IMG/VR virus record: IMGVR_UViG_3300002220_000285
Reading direction: 5' to 3' (one strand)
From: a virus
Lineage: Duplodnaviria > Heunggongvirae > Uroviricota > Caudoviricetes
Length of the DNA: 64,000 nt
The position numbers and the translations under genes are program-made. The notes beneath the pieces were generated by a model. It did not search any database. It was not told the origin of the DNA and saw only the letters and a list, made by a program, of their open reading frames with translations. This document shows, one piece after another, positions 44,232 through 53,600 of this stretch (its first letter is position 1; every line of letters begins with the position of its first letter).

Positions 44232-46372
44232 AGAAGCTACACCTCACTAATTTCCGGAAGCACGAGGACCTTGAGGTCCTGTTCTCTCCTGGGATCGTTG
44301 TGATTCGTGGCGCGAATGAAGCTGGCAAGTCAACGCTTTCCGAGTCCATCGCCTACGCCATGTTCGGCGCCAAGGCCTGCCGTCAACCTATCGACGAGGT
44401 CGTCACTTGGGGCAAGCCGGTCAACACCTTGAAGGTAGGCCTCGAGTTTGTCTTCGATGGCGTGGATTACACCGTCTCGCGGTCGAAGTCAGGCGCGGAA
44501 CTGCGCTATGAGGGCGGGGTTGTCACCGGGCAGAACGAGGTGACCGGCTTCATTGAGCGGTTGATGGGCGCCCCAGCCAAGTTGGCGACCTCTCTGTGGT
44601 TCGTCAGCCAGAACTCGATCCGTGGCGCACTTGAATCCGGAGCCAACGCTACCGCGCAGATGATCGAACAGCTTGCAGACTTCGAGCTGGTCGACCGGAT
44701 CGTAGAGCTGATCCAGAACAACCTTGCCACGGGGCAGGCGAGGCCCTACGAGGAGCGTCTGAAGCAGGCGCAGGACAACATGGAGAACTTCCGGGAGGAG
44801 GTTCAACCGCCCAGCCAGTTTGCGGTCGACTGGCTGGAGGCTGCCAAGCGGGAGCTTGTGCTCTGGCAATCCGCTCTGGTCGAGATGAAAAAGGAGAGCC
44901 AGGAGTTCGACGCCACGGTCATGAAGCCCTTGCTCGACAAGGCGACGAACCTTGACACCGTGATGAGCATGGTGAAGGACCTGGAGGAGAAGGTCGCGGA
45001 AGGGCAGAGCAGGGTCGACAGCTTCGTCGTCGTTGGGTTCAACCCGGAAGAGTTGCGAAAGGTAGAGAAGCTGCAGGCGGAGGCGGAAGCCCTGTGGCGC
45101 AGCCAGAACGAGATCGCTGCGGGGCACGCCGCATTCAAGAAGCTGCCCGATCCGTCCAACTGCCTGTGGGACGGGGATCGCGCTTCCTACGACGCCTTCG
45201 TAGAAGACATGAAGGTGCGCAGGAATGACAACGCCAAGCGTCTGTACGAGATCACCTCTGACCTGAAGGTGGAGAAGGCCTCGATCATCTCCCAGCAGAG
45301 TTGTGGGCTGTGTGGCAAGGACCTGCGGGAGGTGCCGGAAGTCGTCACCAAGAACGAGGCGGCGTCTCGGCGCATCGAGCAGCTTGAGGAGGAGCAGAAG
45401 CAACTGAAGCTGCTGTCACAGGAGATCGAAGCGGAGGTAGCCGCGGTAGCAGCCATCGACAAGATGGTGGTGACCTACGCTGCGTTCATCTCCAAGTACG
45501 AGGCTACAGGCTGGATCGAAGTCAAGGACGTCTCCGTCCCCGCCCAGGTGGTCTGGGTCGGCCCCACCCCTTCGGGCGACTCTTTCGCTGACTACAGCGA
45601 GGACATCAGAAACCTGAAGGCTGCAGAGCAGGCGCACAACAAAGGCAAGGCGCAGCTCGAGATGCTAGAGCAGCAGCTTGTGGAGTCCAAAACCAAACTT
45701 CAGACTCTGCAAGAGCAGACGCTCCAGTTTCACGCGGAGAACCCTAACCTCCTTGAGCGGGTGGAAGAGGTCAGTTCCGAGGCCTTGAGGCTGACCAACG
45801 CCTACGTTCAACAGGAGGGGGAGATCAGCAAGCTGCAGGCTGAGATCAAAGAGACTGCTGACGCGGTCGCCACCCAGACCCGCCTCTATAACCTCTTCCA
45901 GAAGACGAAGGAGGCTGCGGAGCAGGCGCTGCGCAAGGCGGAGAAAGACCTCGAGGAGCTGACGCAGAACAACCTGCTGCTGAAGAAGGTGCGCGCCTCT
46001 CGCCCTGCCATCGTGGATCGCCTCTGGACTGTGGTGCTGTCGGCCGTCTCGTTCTACTTCGGGTCGATGCGCGGAACGGCAGGCGTCTCGGTGGTGCGCT
46101 CGGAAGGCGGGTTCCTTGTCGACGGCAAGCCGATCGAGGGTCTGTCCGGGTCCACGCTTGACATCCTCGGCCTGGCCATCCGCCTTGCCTTGCTGAAGAC
46201 CTTCCTGCCGTCCTGCAGCTTCCTGCTTCTGGACGAGCCGGGAGCGGCCTGTGACGACAACCGTGAGTCCTCCCTCATCGGAACGATCGCCACCAGTCAC
46301 TTCGACCAGATTCTGCTGGTGACGCACTCCGATGTTGCCGATGCCTATGCCAACCAACTCGTGATCATCTGA
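44225..46372 (+). CDS. sbcC: SbcC/Rad50-like SMC ATPase
   Basis: N-terminal Walker A GANEAGKST, long coiled-coil, C-terminal LLLDEP Walker B; 715 aa. Confidence 0.8.
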   Translation: MLKKLHLTNFRKHEDLEVLFSPGIVVIRGANEAGKSTLSESIAYAMFGAKACRQPIDEVVTWGKPVNTLKVGLEFVFDGVDYTVSRSKSGAELRYEGGVVTGQNEVTGFIERLMGAPAKLATSLWFVSQNSIRGALESGANATAQMIEQLADFELVDRIVELIQNNLATGQARPYEERLKQAQDNMENFREEVQPPSQFAVDWLEAAKRELVLWQSALVEMKKESQEFDATVMKPLLDKATNLDTVMSMVKDLEEKVAEGQSRVDSFVVVGFNPEELRKVEKLQAEAEALWRSQNEIAAGHAAFKKLPDPSNCLWDGDRASYDAFVEDMKVRRNDNAKRLYEITSDLKVEKASIISQQSCGLCGKDLREVPEVVTKNEAASRRIEQLEEEQKQLKLLSQEIEAEVAAVAAIDKMVVTYAAFISKYEATGWIEVKDVSVPAQVVWVGPTPSGDSFADYSEDIRNLKAAEQAHNKGKAQLEMLEQQLVESKTKLQTLQEQTLQFHAENPNLLERVEEVSSEALRLTNAYVQQEGEISKLQAEIKETADAVATQTRLYNLFQKTKEAAEQALRKAEKDLEELTQNNLLLKKVRASRPAIVDRLWTVVLSAVSFYFGSMRGTAGVSVVRSEGGFLVDGKPIEGLSGSTLDILGLAIRLALLKTFLPSCSFLLLDEPGAACDDNRESSLIGTIATSHFDQILLVTHSDVADAYANQLVII

Positions 46373-46374
46373 CC

Positions 46375-46818
46375 ATGCCTGCCACAAAAAGAACAAGAAA
46401 GGCGTACCGCCCGAGGGTGGTGGGGAAACCCATCACCGCAGGCGCGCACAGAGCCTTCATGCACCCCTCGTACATGGCGCTGCAGACCCTTGCCACTAGC
46501 GTCAGGAAGGAGGACCTCGTCAGCGCACGGCACACCCTTGTTGCCCTGTTCAACTACCTCTCCACCGCAGCAATGATCGACGGGCGGGACGTTGAACAGG
46601 TGCAGGAGGGTCTGCAGGCGATCTTCGTCATGGACGATCGGTTCGAGCGGACTGGCGTGGTGCGCCCAAGCGGGGAGGAGCTGCAGGTTCTGCGAGCGGC
46701 GGTCGCATGGTGCGATCGAACTCTCCCGTACCTGAGAACCGACCTACTGGCGGAAGCCAGAACGAAGGTGAATGCTGCACTTCGGGAGATGAAGGGGGAA
46801 GCATGTACCCCCATCTGA
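46375..46818 (+). CDS. hypothetical protein (147 aa)
   Basis: ATG 3 nt after sbcC stop. Confidence 0.5.
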   Translation: MPATKRTRKAYRPRVVGKPITAGAHRAFMHPSYMALQTLATSVRKEDLVSARHTLVALFNYLSTAAMIDGRDVEQVQEGLQAIFVMDDRFERTGVVRPSGEELQVLRAAVAWCDRTLPYLRTDLLAEARTKVNAALREMKGEACTPI

Positions 46819-47030
46819 TCCCCTTCCAAGAGGTGTGCAAACGGCTGGGGATTGTGGAGCGGACGGGATACAACAAGGTCTACCGCAAGTGTTTCCCCGT
46901 CCCTATCAAGAAGGTGGATGGCAGAAATTACGTGCTGTCCACCGATCTTGAGAATTACTTCGACTCCTTGTCCTTGCCTTCGGCCCCGCCTCCCCGGCGC
47001 CGGGGCCGACCCTCCCGCACTTGCGTCTGA
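46803..47030 (+). CDS. AlpA/Xis-family HTH protein (putative excisionase/regulator)
   Basis: LIPFQEVCKRLGIVERTGYNKVYRKCFPVPIKKVDGRNYVLSTDLENYF fits the AlpA pattern; overlaps integrase 3' end convergently. Confidence 0.6.
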   Translation: MYPHLIPFQEVCKRLGIVERTGYNKVYRKCFPVPIKKVDGRNYVLSTDLENYFDSLSLPSAPPPRRRGRPSRTCV

Positions 47031-48064
47031 GCAAGGCGGGTGGCGAGACGCTGCGCCTCCACCACGGTGTAGTGCTCTCTCAGCGTGTTCAAGGACCTGT
47101 GCCCGGTGACGCCCGCGACACTAGCCAGGTCCCACCCCTCTTCTATCAGGCGCGTTGCACGCTCGCGCCTGATGTCATGAATCCAGACGGTGTTGTCCCC
47201 GGCCAGTGACCGCGCATCGCTCCAAGCTCGAGCGAAACCGCGGTAGCTGACCGGCCAGATGACGTCCTCTGCGTATCCCGTCAGGTCGTAGTACCCGCCA
47301 CCCGGCGCGGCAAACGACTTCGGCAACTTCTTCCTCAGCTCTATCACTTCCTTCAGAATCCCCAGCGCCCGTGGCGACAGGGGAACCGAACGCTGGACCC
47401 CGCCCTTGCCAACCACGGTCAGCACACTGTGAGGGGCGTCGATGTCCCCGGCCTTCAAGGTCAGCGGCTCATGGACCCGCATCGCAGTCTCTAGCAAGAA
47501 CTCCGCCAGCGGAGCGTAGAACGGATTCACGTGACGCTGCAGCGCGGGCAGAATCTTGCCCCAGAGGTCAGGGGAGACCCTCTTCTTCCTGCCCTTGGAG
47601 ACTGGCGGCATGTCGATGTCATGCAATGGGTTCGCCAGATTCGTCTCCTTCCATTCCTTCCTAGCGCTTTCCCAGACCGCAGAGCAATCCTGCAAGTAGT
47701 GCCTCACCGTCTGGGGCGCCAACCCCGTAGCCAGCAGTCGACCCTTCAGGGTCTCGAAATCCCCCGGCTTTAGAGTTGCGGTGGACTTCGCAGCGATCGA
47801 CATCTTCGCCAGCTTGTTGAGCCTGGACTTCTTGTCCTTGGCCGTCACGTGACGGTCTGCCACCTCAAGGATGTAGCGCTGAATCCACTGCCCGAACGTC
47901 CCGGAAGGGAGGGGGGTTTCCCCTGGTTGCAGTAGGATGCGCGCCTCCTCCCGCTTGCCCCAGTCGACTGCCTCGCGCTCCGTATCGAACGTGGCGAACA
48001 GCGACTGCCCGTTCGTCCGAACCTTCGCCTGATACCGCCCATTGCGCTTCTGAATGCTCGCCAC
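46955..48064 (-). CDS. int: tyrosine site-specific integrase
   Basis: C-terminal catalytic region HDIRRERATRLIEEGWDLASVAGVTGH...LREHY (R, H-x-x-R, Y); 369 aa. Confidence 0.85.
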   Translation of the reverse strand: MASIQKRNGRYQAKVRTNGQSLFATFDTEREAVDWGKREEARILLQPGETPLPSGTFGQWIQRYILEVADRHVTAKDKKSRLNKLAKMSIAAKSTATLKPGDFETLKGRLLATGLAPQTVRHYLQDCSAVWESARKEWKETNLANPLHDIDMPPVSKGRKKRVSPDLWGKILPALQRHVNPFYAPLAEFLLETAMRVHEPLTLKAGDIDAPHSVLTVVGKGGVQRSVPLSPRALGILKEVIELRKKLPKSFAAPGGGYYDLTGYAEDVIWPVSYRGFARAWSDARSLAGDNTVWIHDIRRERATRLIEEGWDLASVAGVTGHRSLNTLREHYTVVEAQRLATRLAQTQVREGRPRRRGGGAEGKDKESK

Positions 48065-48139
48065 GTTTACCTCCTGTTACCTCTGCTTACCTCAAGGGTG
48101 GAGCAGATTGGAGCAGTCAAACGTGGAAGTCAATACTGG

Positions 48140-48210
48140 TGCCGGTCTTCAGAGGATGGCAGCGGCCTGCAAAGCCGTGTACGCCGGTTCGATTCCGACC
48201 CCCGCCTCCA
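48140..48210. other. attP-like core: partial tRNA 3' segment (anticodon-arm-like CTGCAAA loop, T-arm GTTCGATTC, acceptor 3' strand, CCA)
   Basis: ...GGTTCGATTCCGACCCCCGCCTCCA at 48186-48210 looks like a tRNA T-arm/acceptor end but no matching 5' acceptor strand upstream; adjacent to int. Confidence 0.5.
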
Positions 48211-48474
48211 TATAAATCAAGCACTTAGCGGAAAGTCAGGTATCCGGGAGTTACCCGGATTTACCTAGCGTACTTCTTTTTGTGGAGCAGATTTGGAGCC
48301 GCTCCACGGGGGTTGGAGCCGTGGAGCAGCGTGGAGCAGACGATCCACACGCGCTCTCAGCTCGTGGATGCCGTAGAACCAGCCGTTGAGTTTCATCGTC
48401 CGCTGATGGCAGCAACCCATGCCGCGTAGGTTCGGACCCAGACCGTAGCCCAGGCTTCTACAAAGAGGATGGGA

Positions 48475-48681
48475 TCAGGCACGTGCAAGGTCCCATGCAG
48501 GGTCGTTGGGGGAACCGATCAGGATGACCGGACCCTTAGCAAGCAGCCCATCTTCGGGGAGGTAACGCACGTTCTCCGCGTAGTACGCCGCCTGCAGCTC
48601 GATCTTGATCCTGGCCCAACACCCGCAGACCGGGACATCCGGGCCGCGGGCGAGGATTCTAGCCAGTTCGTGAGAGGTCAC
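48475..48681 (-). CDS. hypothetical protein (68 aa)
   Basis: ATGA-type overlap with upstream gene on minus strand. Confidence 0.45.
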   Translation of the reverse strand: MTSHELARILARGPDVPVCGCWARIKIELQAAYYAENVRYLPEDGLLAKGPVILIGSPNDPAWDLARA

Positions 48682-48950
48682 TCAGCAGCCGAGGGCTTGA
48701 AGACCCCGGACTTGTTGAACATAGCGACCACGCCGGAAACCGTGCGCTCGAGGGTCGGCCACAGTTCGGAGAAGGTGATGCCGACGTCCCCGGCCGCGTC
48801 ATAGACGCCAGCGATCAACTCACGCAGCAGTTGGAGCTTGTCAGCTCCCTTGCCGCCAGCGGGGACAGCCGCCTCAATGGCGCGGATCGCCTCGATCACC
48901 GCGGGGAGGATCAGGAGGACGGCTTGAAGAATCTTGATGAAGCGGGTCAT
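48678..48950 (-). CDS. small membrane protein (one N-terminal TM; holin/antiholin candidate)
   Basis: FIKILQAVLLILPAVIEAI hydrophobic helix; lies in lysis cluster. Confidence 0.4.
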   Translation of the reverse strand: MTRFIKILQAVLLILPAVIEAIRAIEAAVPAGGKGADKLQLLRELIAGVYDAAGDVGITFSELWPTLERTVSGVVAMFNKSGVFKPSAAE

Positions 48951-48960
48951 GCGATTTCCT

Positions 48961-49233
48961 TCAGAATGTACAAGTGATAGTCAAGGCGACGGGCGGAAGC
49001 CCTCGCCAGTGGGCTAGGGCCTCATAGGCCAGGAGACTCCCCTGGTCCGGTGCGCTGCTCTTCACCTCCGCTACTCCTGGGAGGCAGTCCAACGCTTCCG
49101 GTAGTCGTGGCAGTGATGCCAGCGTCGAACATGCTGACAAGTGCCCAAACGAGACCGCCAACAGCAATAAGCGTGTCCTCATCGACAGCGAGTTCATAGC
49201 CGAGTGCCTTGCTGATGCCGACCCCGCCTGCAA
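48961..49233 (-). CDS. outer-membrane lipoprotein, o-spanin (Rz1)-like, embedded out-of-frame in 3' end of endolysin ORF
   Basis: Lipoprotein signal ...MRTRLLLLAVSFGHLSAC (lipobox LSAC), short Pro-rich mature part with Cys residues. Confidence 0.5.
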   Translation of the reverse strand: MQAGSASARHSAMNSLSMRTRLLLLAVSFGHLSACSTLASLPRLPEALDCLPGVAEVKSSAPDQGSLLAYEALAHWRGLPPVALTITCTF

Positions 49234-49972
49234 GCAGACCAGCGATAGAGTTGACTGCGATCTGGCGTTTCTTCCAGGTGGTCGAGCGGGCCAGCTTGAA
49301 ACCTGCCTGCAAGGCCTTCCACAGGGAGGAGACCAGCTCTACGTGGTCGACGTCTCGCTCAGGCGCCGGGACGGGCGCAGGCGCCGGTTCGTTCACGATC
49401 ACCGGCTGGCTCTCCTCGATCGGGGCCGCAGCCAGCGCTTCTACCGCAGGAAGGGCCGCTGCGTAGTAGGCGCGGCGAGCGGCGAGGCCGTTGGTGCCCC
49501 CGTTGATCCTTTTCGTCACCGCCAGAACAGGGTCGTCAGCGACGTCCTGCAATCTTCCGCACCCGGACAGATGCCAAAACCATCCGCTCACCTCCGCGGC
49601 GTGTTCCGGCTTCTCGAGCAGTTCAGGGTGCTCCAGCAAGGGGAGGTCAAGTGCTTCCCCGGCACGCCTGTAGTTGTCCCGCCCGGTAAGTTGAATGAAA
49701 CCTCGCCCGCGGAAGCGTTGACCGTCTCCGGGTTGGGTGTTGCCGAGGTCCTTGCGTCCTTCGTAGGCGTTGCCGCTGGCGATCTCGCGCAGGTAGCGAA
49801 GCTCCCCGGATTCGTGCGCGAGCTGAGCAAGCCACATGGCGACATGCTCGGGCTTCTCACCAACCCATTTGACGCGAGCCAACTCCAGGTGGGCGGCGTA
49901 TAGCTCGGCCCTTCCGCCAGCATTCGGCATCACCTGGCTGACGAGTGCCGGGGTGATCTTGATCCGAGACAT
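49022..49972 (-). CDS. glycoside hydrolase family 19 (chitinase-like) endolysin with C-terminal two-TM extension
   Basis: GH19 region HESGELRY...RGRGFIQLTGRDNY; C-terminal ~100 aa contains two hydrophobic segments (IAVNSIAGLLAGGVGI, LIAVGGLVWALVSMF). Confidence 0.7.
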   Translation of the reverse strand: MSRIKITPALVSQVMPNAGGRAELYAAHLELARVKWVGEKPEHVAMWLAQLAHESGELRYLREIASGNAYEGRKDLGNTQPGDGQRFRGRGFIQLTGRDNYRRAGEALDLPLLEHPELLEKPEHAAEVSGWFWHLSGCGRLQDVADDPVLAVTKRINGGTNGLAARRAYYAAALPAVEALAAAPIEESQPVIVNEPAPAPVPAPERDVDHVELVSSLWKALQAGFKLARSTTWKKRQIAVNSIAGLLAGGVGISKALGYELAVDEDTLIAVGGLVWALVSMFDAGITATTTGSVGLPPRSSGGEEQRTGPGESPGL

Positions 49973-50069
49973 TCATGATCCTTAAAAGGATTCTTCTTTT
50001 AGTAGGGAAGTCAAGCACTTAGCTTGATTTCCCTGAAGCATACATCTACAGGGTGTCAGTTGTCGATCT

Positions 50070-50612
50070 TCACTTGATGCTCGGCTTCTCGCCAGTGAGG
50101 CGGGCCAGCTCCCGGTGAATGTGGTCGTTCAGGCGTCCGTAGAAGGTGTCATCCGGGTGGATGCCGTCCAGCGTCTCGCCCTCAATCCAACTGACGTCGA
50201 TGTCCGTCATGTCAGCGATCGCCTCGTTGGTGGGGCGCTCAAACCCGGTCGGGGTTTGTGACACGTTGACCACAATCGGACGACTTCCGCGGGCCTGCAC
50301 CTTGCTTCGCAAGTCCAGCAGGTTCCTGCGTGTCTCTTGCGGGGTCAGGCCGTGCGCAGCATCGGCCATCCCGTATCTCAGAACCACCACAGGCGCGTCG
50401 TCTGAAGGATGCAAGGGCGCATCCGAGTGCTGGCCTCCAATGGAGTAGTCAGCCCAGTCGAAAGTCTCCTTTGCAATGGAGGGGACCTGCTGTGTGGTGA
50501 TCGAATCCCCATAGAAAGCGATCTTCAGTTTCTGGGGCGATGCTCCGCCCCCTCCGCCGCCACACGCGGCGAGCAACCCGACCAGTACCGGGATAAGGAA
50601 CTTTGTTCTCAT
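50070..50612 (-). CDS. secreted SGNH/GDSL-family hydrolase lipoprotein (esterase/deacetylase-like)
   Basis: Lipoprotein signal MRTKFLIPVLVGLLAAC (lipobox LAAC); block I FYGDSIT; C-terminal DGIHPD (DxxH) block. Confidence 0.7.
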   Translation of the reverse strand: MRTKFLIPVLVGLLAACGGGGGGASPQKLKIAFYGDSITTQQVPSIAKETFDWADYSIGGQHSDAPLHPSDDAPVVVLRYGMADAAHGLTPQETRRNLLDLRSKVQARGSRPIVVNVSQTPTGFERPTNEAIADMTDIDVSWIEGETLDGIHPDDTFYGRLNDHIHRELARLTGEKPSIK

Positions 50613-50623
50613 TGTTTTTGTCC

Positions 50624-53600
50624 TTAGCCACAGAGGTAGATGCAAGCGACTTGCTTAACCTCCTCTGGGGTGGTGAAAGTGACCGCCTCTCGAGCTTTGG
50701 CGACCGTGTAGCTTCTAACGATGTCGTCAGCCTGCTTCATCCCCTTGCCGGGGGTGCTGGAGGTAACGATGAGGTCCCCGAGAGCGATGTCGCCTGCCTC
50801 CCCGCAGACGTTGATGAGGCCCTCGCCAAGGGCGTTAACGTGAACAACCTTCATGTTTTCTGGCAGCTCCTCCTCCCAGCCAACAGGCGGGGATTCGTAC
50901 AGCTCTGAGCAGACCCCAATCACGCCCTTTTGCAAGGGAAGGGTCGACGTCTTGTACTCCACCACAACAGAAGAGATGCTCTCTTTCTCAAGGACAGCAT
51001 AGTCTACACAAATGTCACCGATTGCAGGAGTGTCCAAGGTAAGCCCATCGTGGAACCCAGTGAACGGTCCAGCCCCATCGACGATGTAGTGCTTGCCCTT
51101 TCCGGTCGGCGAGTAGATCGAGTAGCTGGCGTTCGCAAGGTAAACCTGCTTACCGGAGTTCACCTGATCTGCCAGGGCGGCGTAAGTCGGGTTACCCGCA
51201 ACAAACTGCGAGAGTTTGGTTGACTCACTCCAGGCATACGCGCCGATACCGAATCCGCTTCCAAAAGCAGAGCCAACAACTGCGGGGTAATTAGCTGTGT
51301 AGTTAGAGCCAGTGATAGCGCACCGCTCTACACCTATCCCGGCTGACGCCTGAACCACGCCGTTGAATTGGGTAATCAGGCTGCTTCCGCCCAATCTGAA
51401 CGCGCCGAGGCTCGTCATCGTCATCGTCGACCCGCTGACGAGCCTGTCAAGAGTCACCGAGTTAGCGAGTATCTGATCCGCGCTGATTGCGCCTGCTTTG
51501 ATGAGTTCGGCACCGATCGAGTTGGCCGCAATCTGCTCGGCCCGAATCGTGCCGGTGCTGATCTGGTTGCCGTCGATGATGGTGCGCGATACTTCAGTCG
51601 TGAGTGACGTCTCGCCGCGATAGAGCGCCAGAATCGCGTTGTTCGCCCCGTTGGCGGTTGCCGCCGAGGTGGTTGTGCTCAGACTGACGGTGCCGGTACT
51701 GCCGTTGATGAAGTAGACGTAGACGGTTCCGGCTGTCCACGCAACGCTACCGGCGCTCACGTTGACCGTCGTGAGCGTCCCGGCGTCGTTGTAGTAGTCG
51801 ATCGAGCCCGAACTCCACGCAACGTTCTTATACGACAGGCGCTCGATTTCGATCGACCATGTCGAGCCCGCAGAAGGCGCGCTCGGCAGCGCCTCGACCG
51901 ATACGCTTGAGTAGGTGTTGACGGTCGAGACGCTGGTAGTGATGCGCCGGGTGTAGAGCGTGCCGTTGATGTCGATGTTGATGCGGTAGACGATGTTCGC
52001 CTGCAGCGTGACGGTCTTGCCCAGCGGGATCGAGGTGGTAGTTGCAGACGCGCCAACCGTGCCCGAATAGGTGATCGGATCAAGTCGGGTCGGCACAATC
52101 AGCACCCGCGAGCCCGACGCGGGGGCGAAGCTCAGGGGCTTGATGTTCGACACCGTCAGGGTCGAGGTTGTGACCGTGGTCGAGGTGCTGTTGGAAAGCT
52201 CTACGGTTTCAAGGCGCCCGTCACTGTTGAAGAATGTCGCGCTGTAGAAGTGCTGCGCGGCCAACGTGACCGATGCGTTAACGGCAATGCTGGTCGCAGT
52301 TGGCGTGCCCGACGCGGTTCGCGGTGCCCAAGCGGGGGCAAACTCGATGTCGGTAACCTTCAGCCCGCGAAGCCCGACACTGATCTTGTTGGCGCTGATG
52401 GTGTTCGCTGCAATCGACCCGCCCTCGATCTTCGTAGCGTCGGTGCCGTTGCGCCAGCTCGCAAGGGTCGTGCCCCCGCTGATCTCGATCTTCCCCGGCT
52501 CGATCGTCGTAGAACCCGCGTTGATCCGAGTAGCGGGGTTCTGAGCGCCAAGCGAGGCGTTCGTCACCACCGTAGCCGCGGTCGACCCGTTGATGTTCGC
52601 GGTGTAGTTCGGCGTGCCACCGCCAGAAACGCCCCGCCAATCCGGGGCGGAAATCGGCGCTTGAATCGTACCGATTTCAAGGCCCGTCTCGGACTTCCTC
52701 GCTGCTGCAATGCCGAAGGAGTAGGTGTCAGAGGGGTTGACGCCCTCGAAGTTGTAGTAGGAGGCCGCGGTGTTCACATTGAACACGATCGACGAGTCGT
52801 TCTGCGTCGGCGCGGTTCCATCCTTGCGCCAGAACAGGACGATGAAGTCTGCTGGCAGGGCGCCCTGAGTGTAGGTGCCCCAATCAAGTCTGATGTTCGC
52901 CGTACCGTTGGTATTGGCAGTAACGGTGATTCCGCTCGGGGTGGGGTTGTTCGTCGGGGCACCAGCAGTCCGGTACTTGGCCGTGCCGCTGAAAGCGCTG
53001 ACACCGCTATCCGCATTGGTCTTGACCGTTTCGATCGTGACGCCGGTCGTGCCAACCGTGATCGAGCCCGGAAGACTCGTCGTCGTGCTGATGCGGTCGC
53101 CCTGGATCGTCCCTGCAACGAGGCGATCGCCGGTGATCGTGCCTGCCGCGATGTCCGAGTTGGTGATCGCCGCAGTCGCCTTCGAGATGCCTGTCGAAAA
53201 CGCGCTCTTGTTGCCGCTCGAGTCGACTGCCTTGACCCAGTAGTAGTAGGTGGTCGACGCCGCAAGGCCCGCATCGGTGAACCCTCCAACCATTCCTCGG
53301 TTTGCGTTGACCGTTGCGATGGCAACCGCAGTGCCGGAGTTGTTCGTGCTGTTGCGGTACACCTCGACAGCGGCGAGGTCGTAGTCGGCAACCGCGTTCC
53401 CGTTCGCCCAGGTGAGGAAGATGCTGCGCACCGAAGCAAGTGCCGCCAGCCCGATCGGCACAGAGGGGGCAACGGTATCGACTGCGGTCGTGTGCGTTGC
53501 GCTGAGGGAGTAGGGTCCGAGGTTGCCGGTGAAGTCGACTGCCCGCACCCGCACGGTGTAGGAGATACCGGGCTTGACCGTCCACGAGTAGGTGGTGTTC

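Noticed and set aside
46955-48210. Interpreting int plus the tRNA fragment as a prophage-host junction
   Set aside because: Phage lysis and tail genes continue directly beyond the tRNA fragment and replication genes lie on the other side, so it is internal attP. The tRNA piece is partial with no 5' half.
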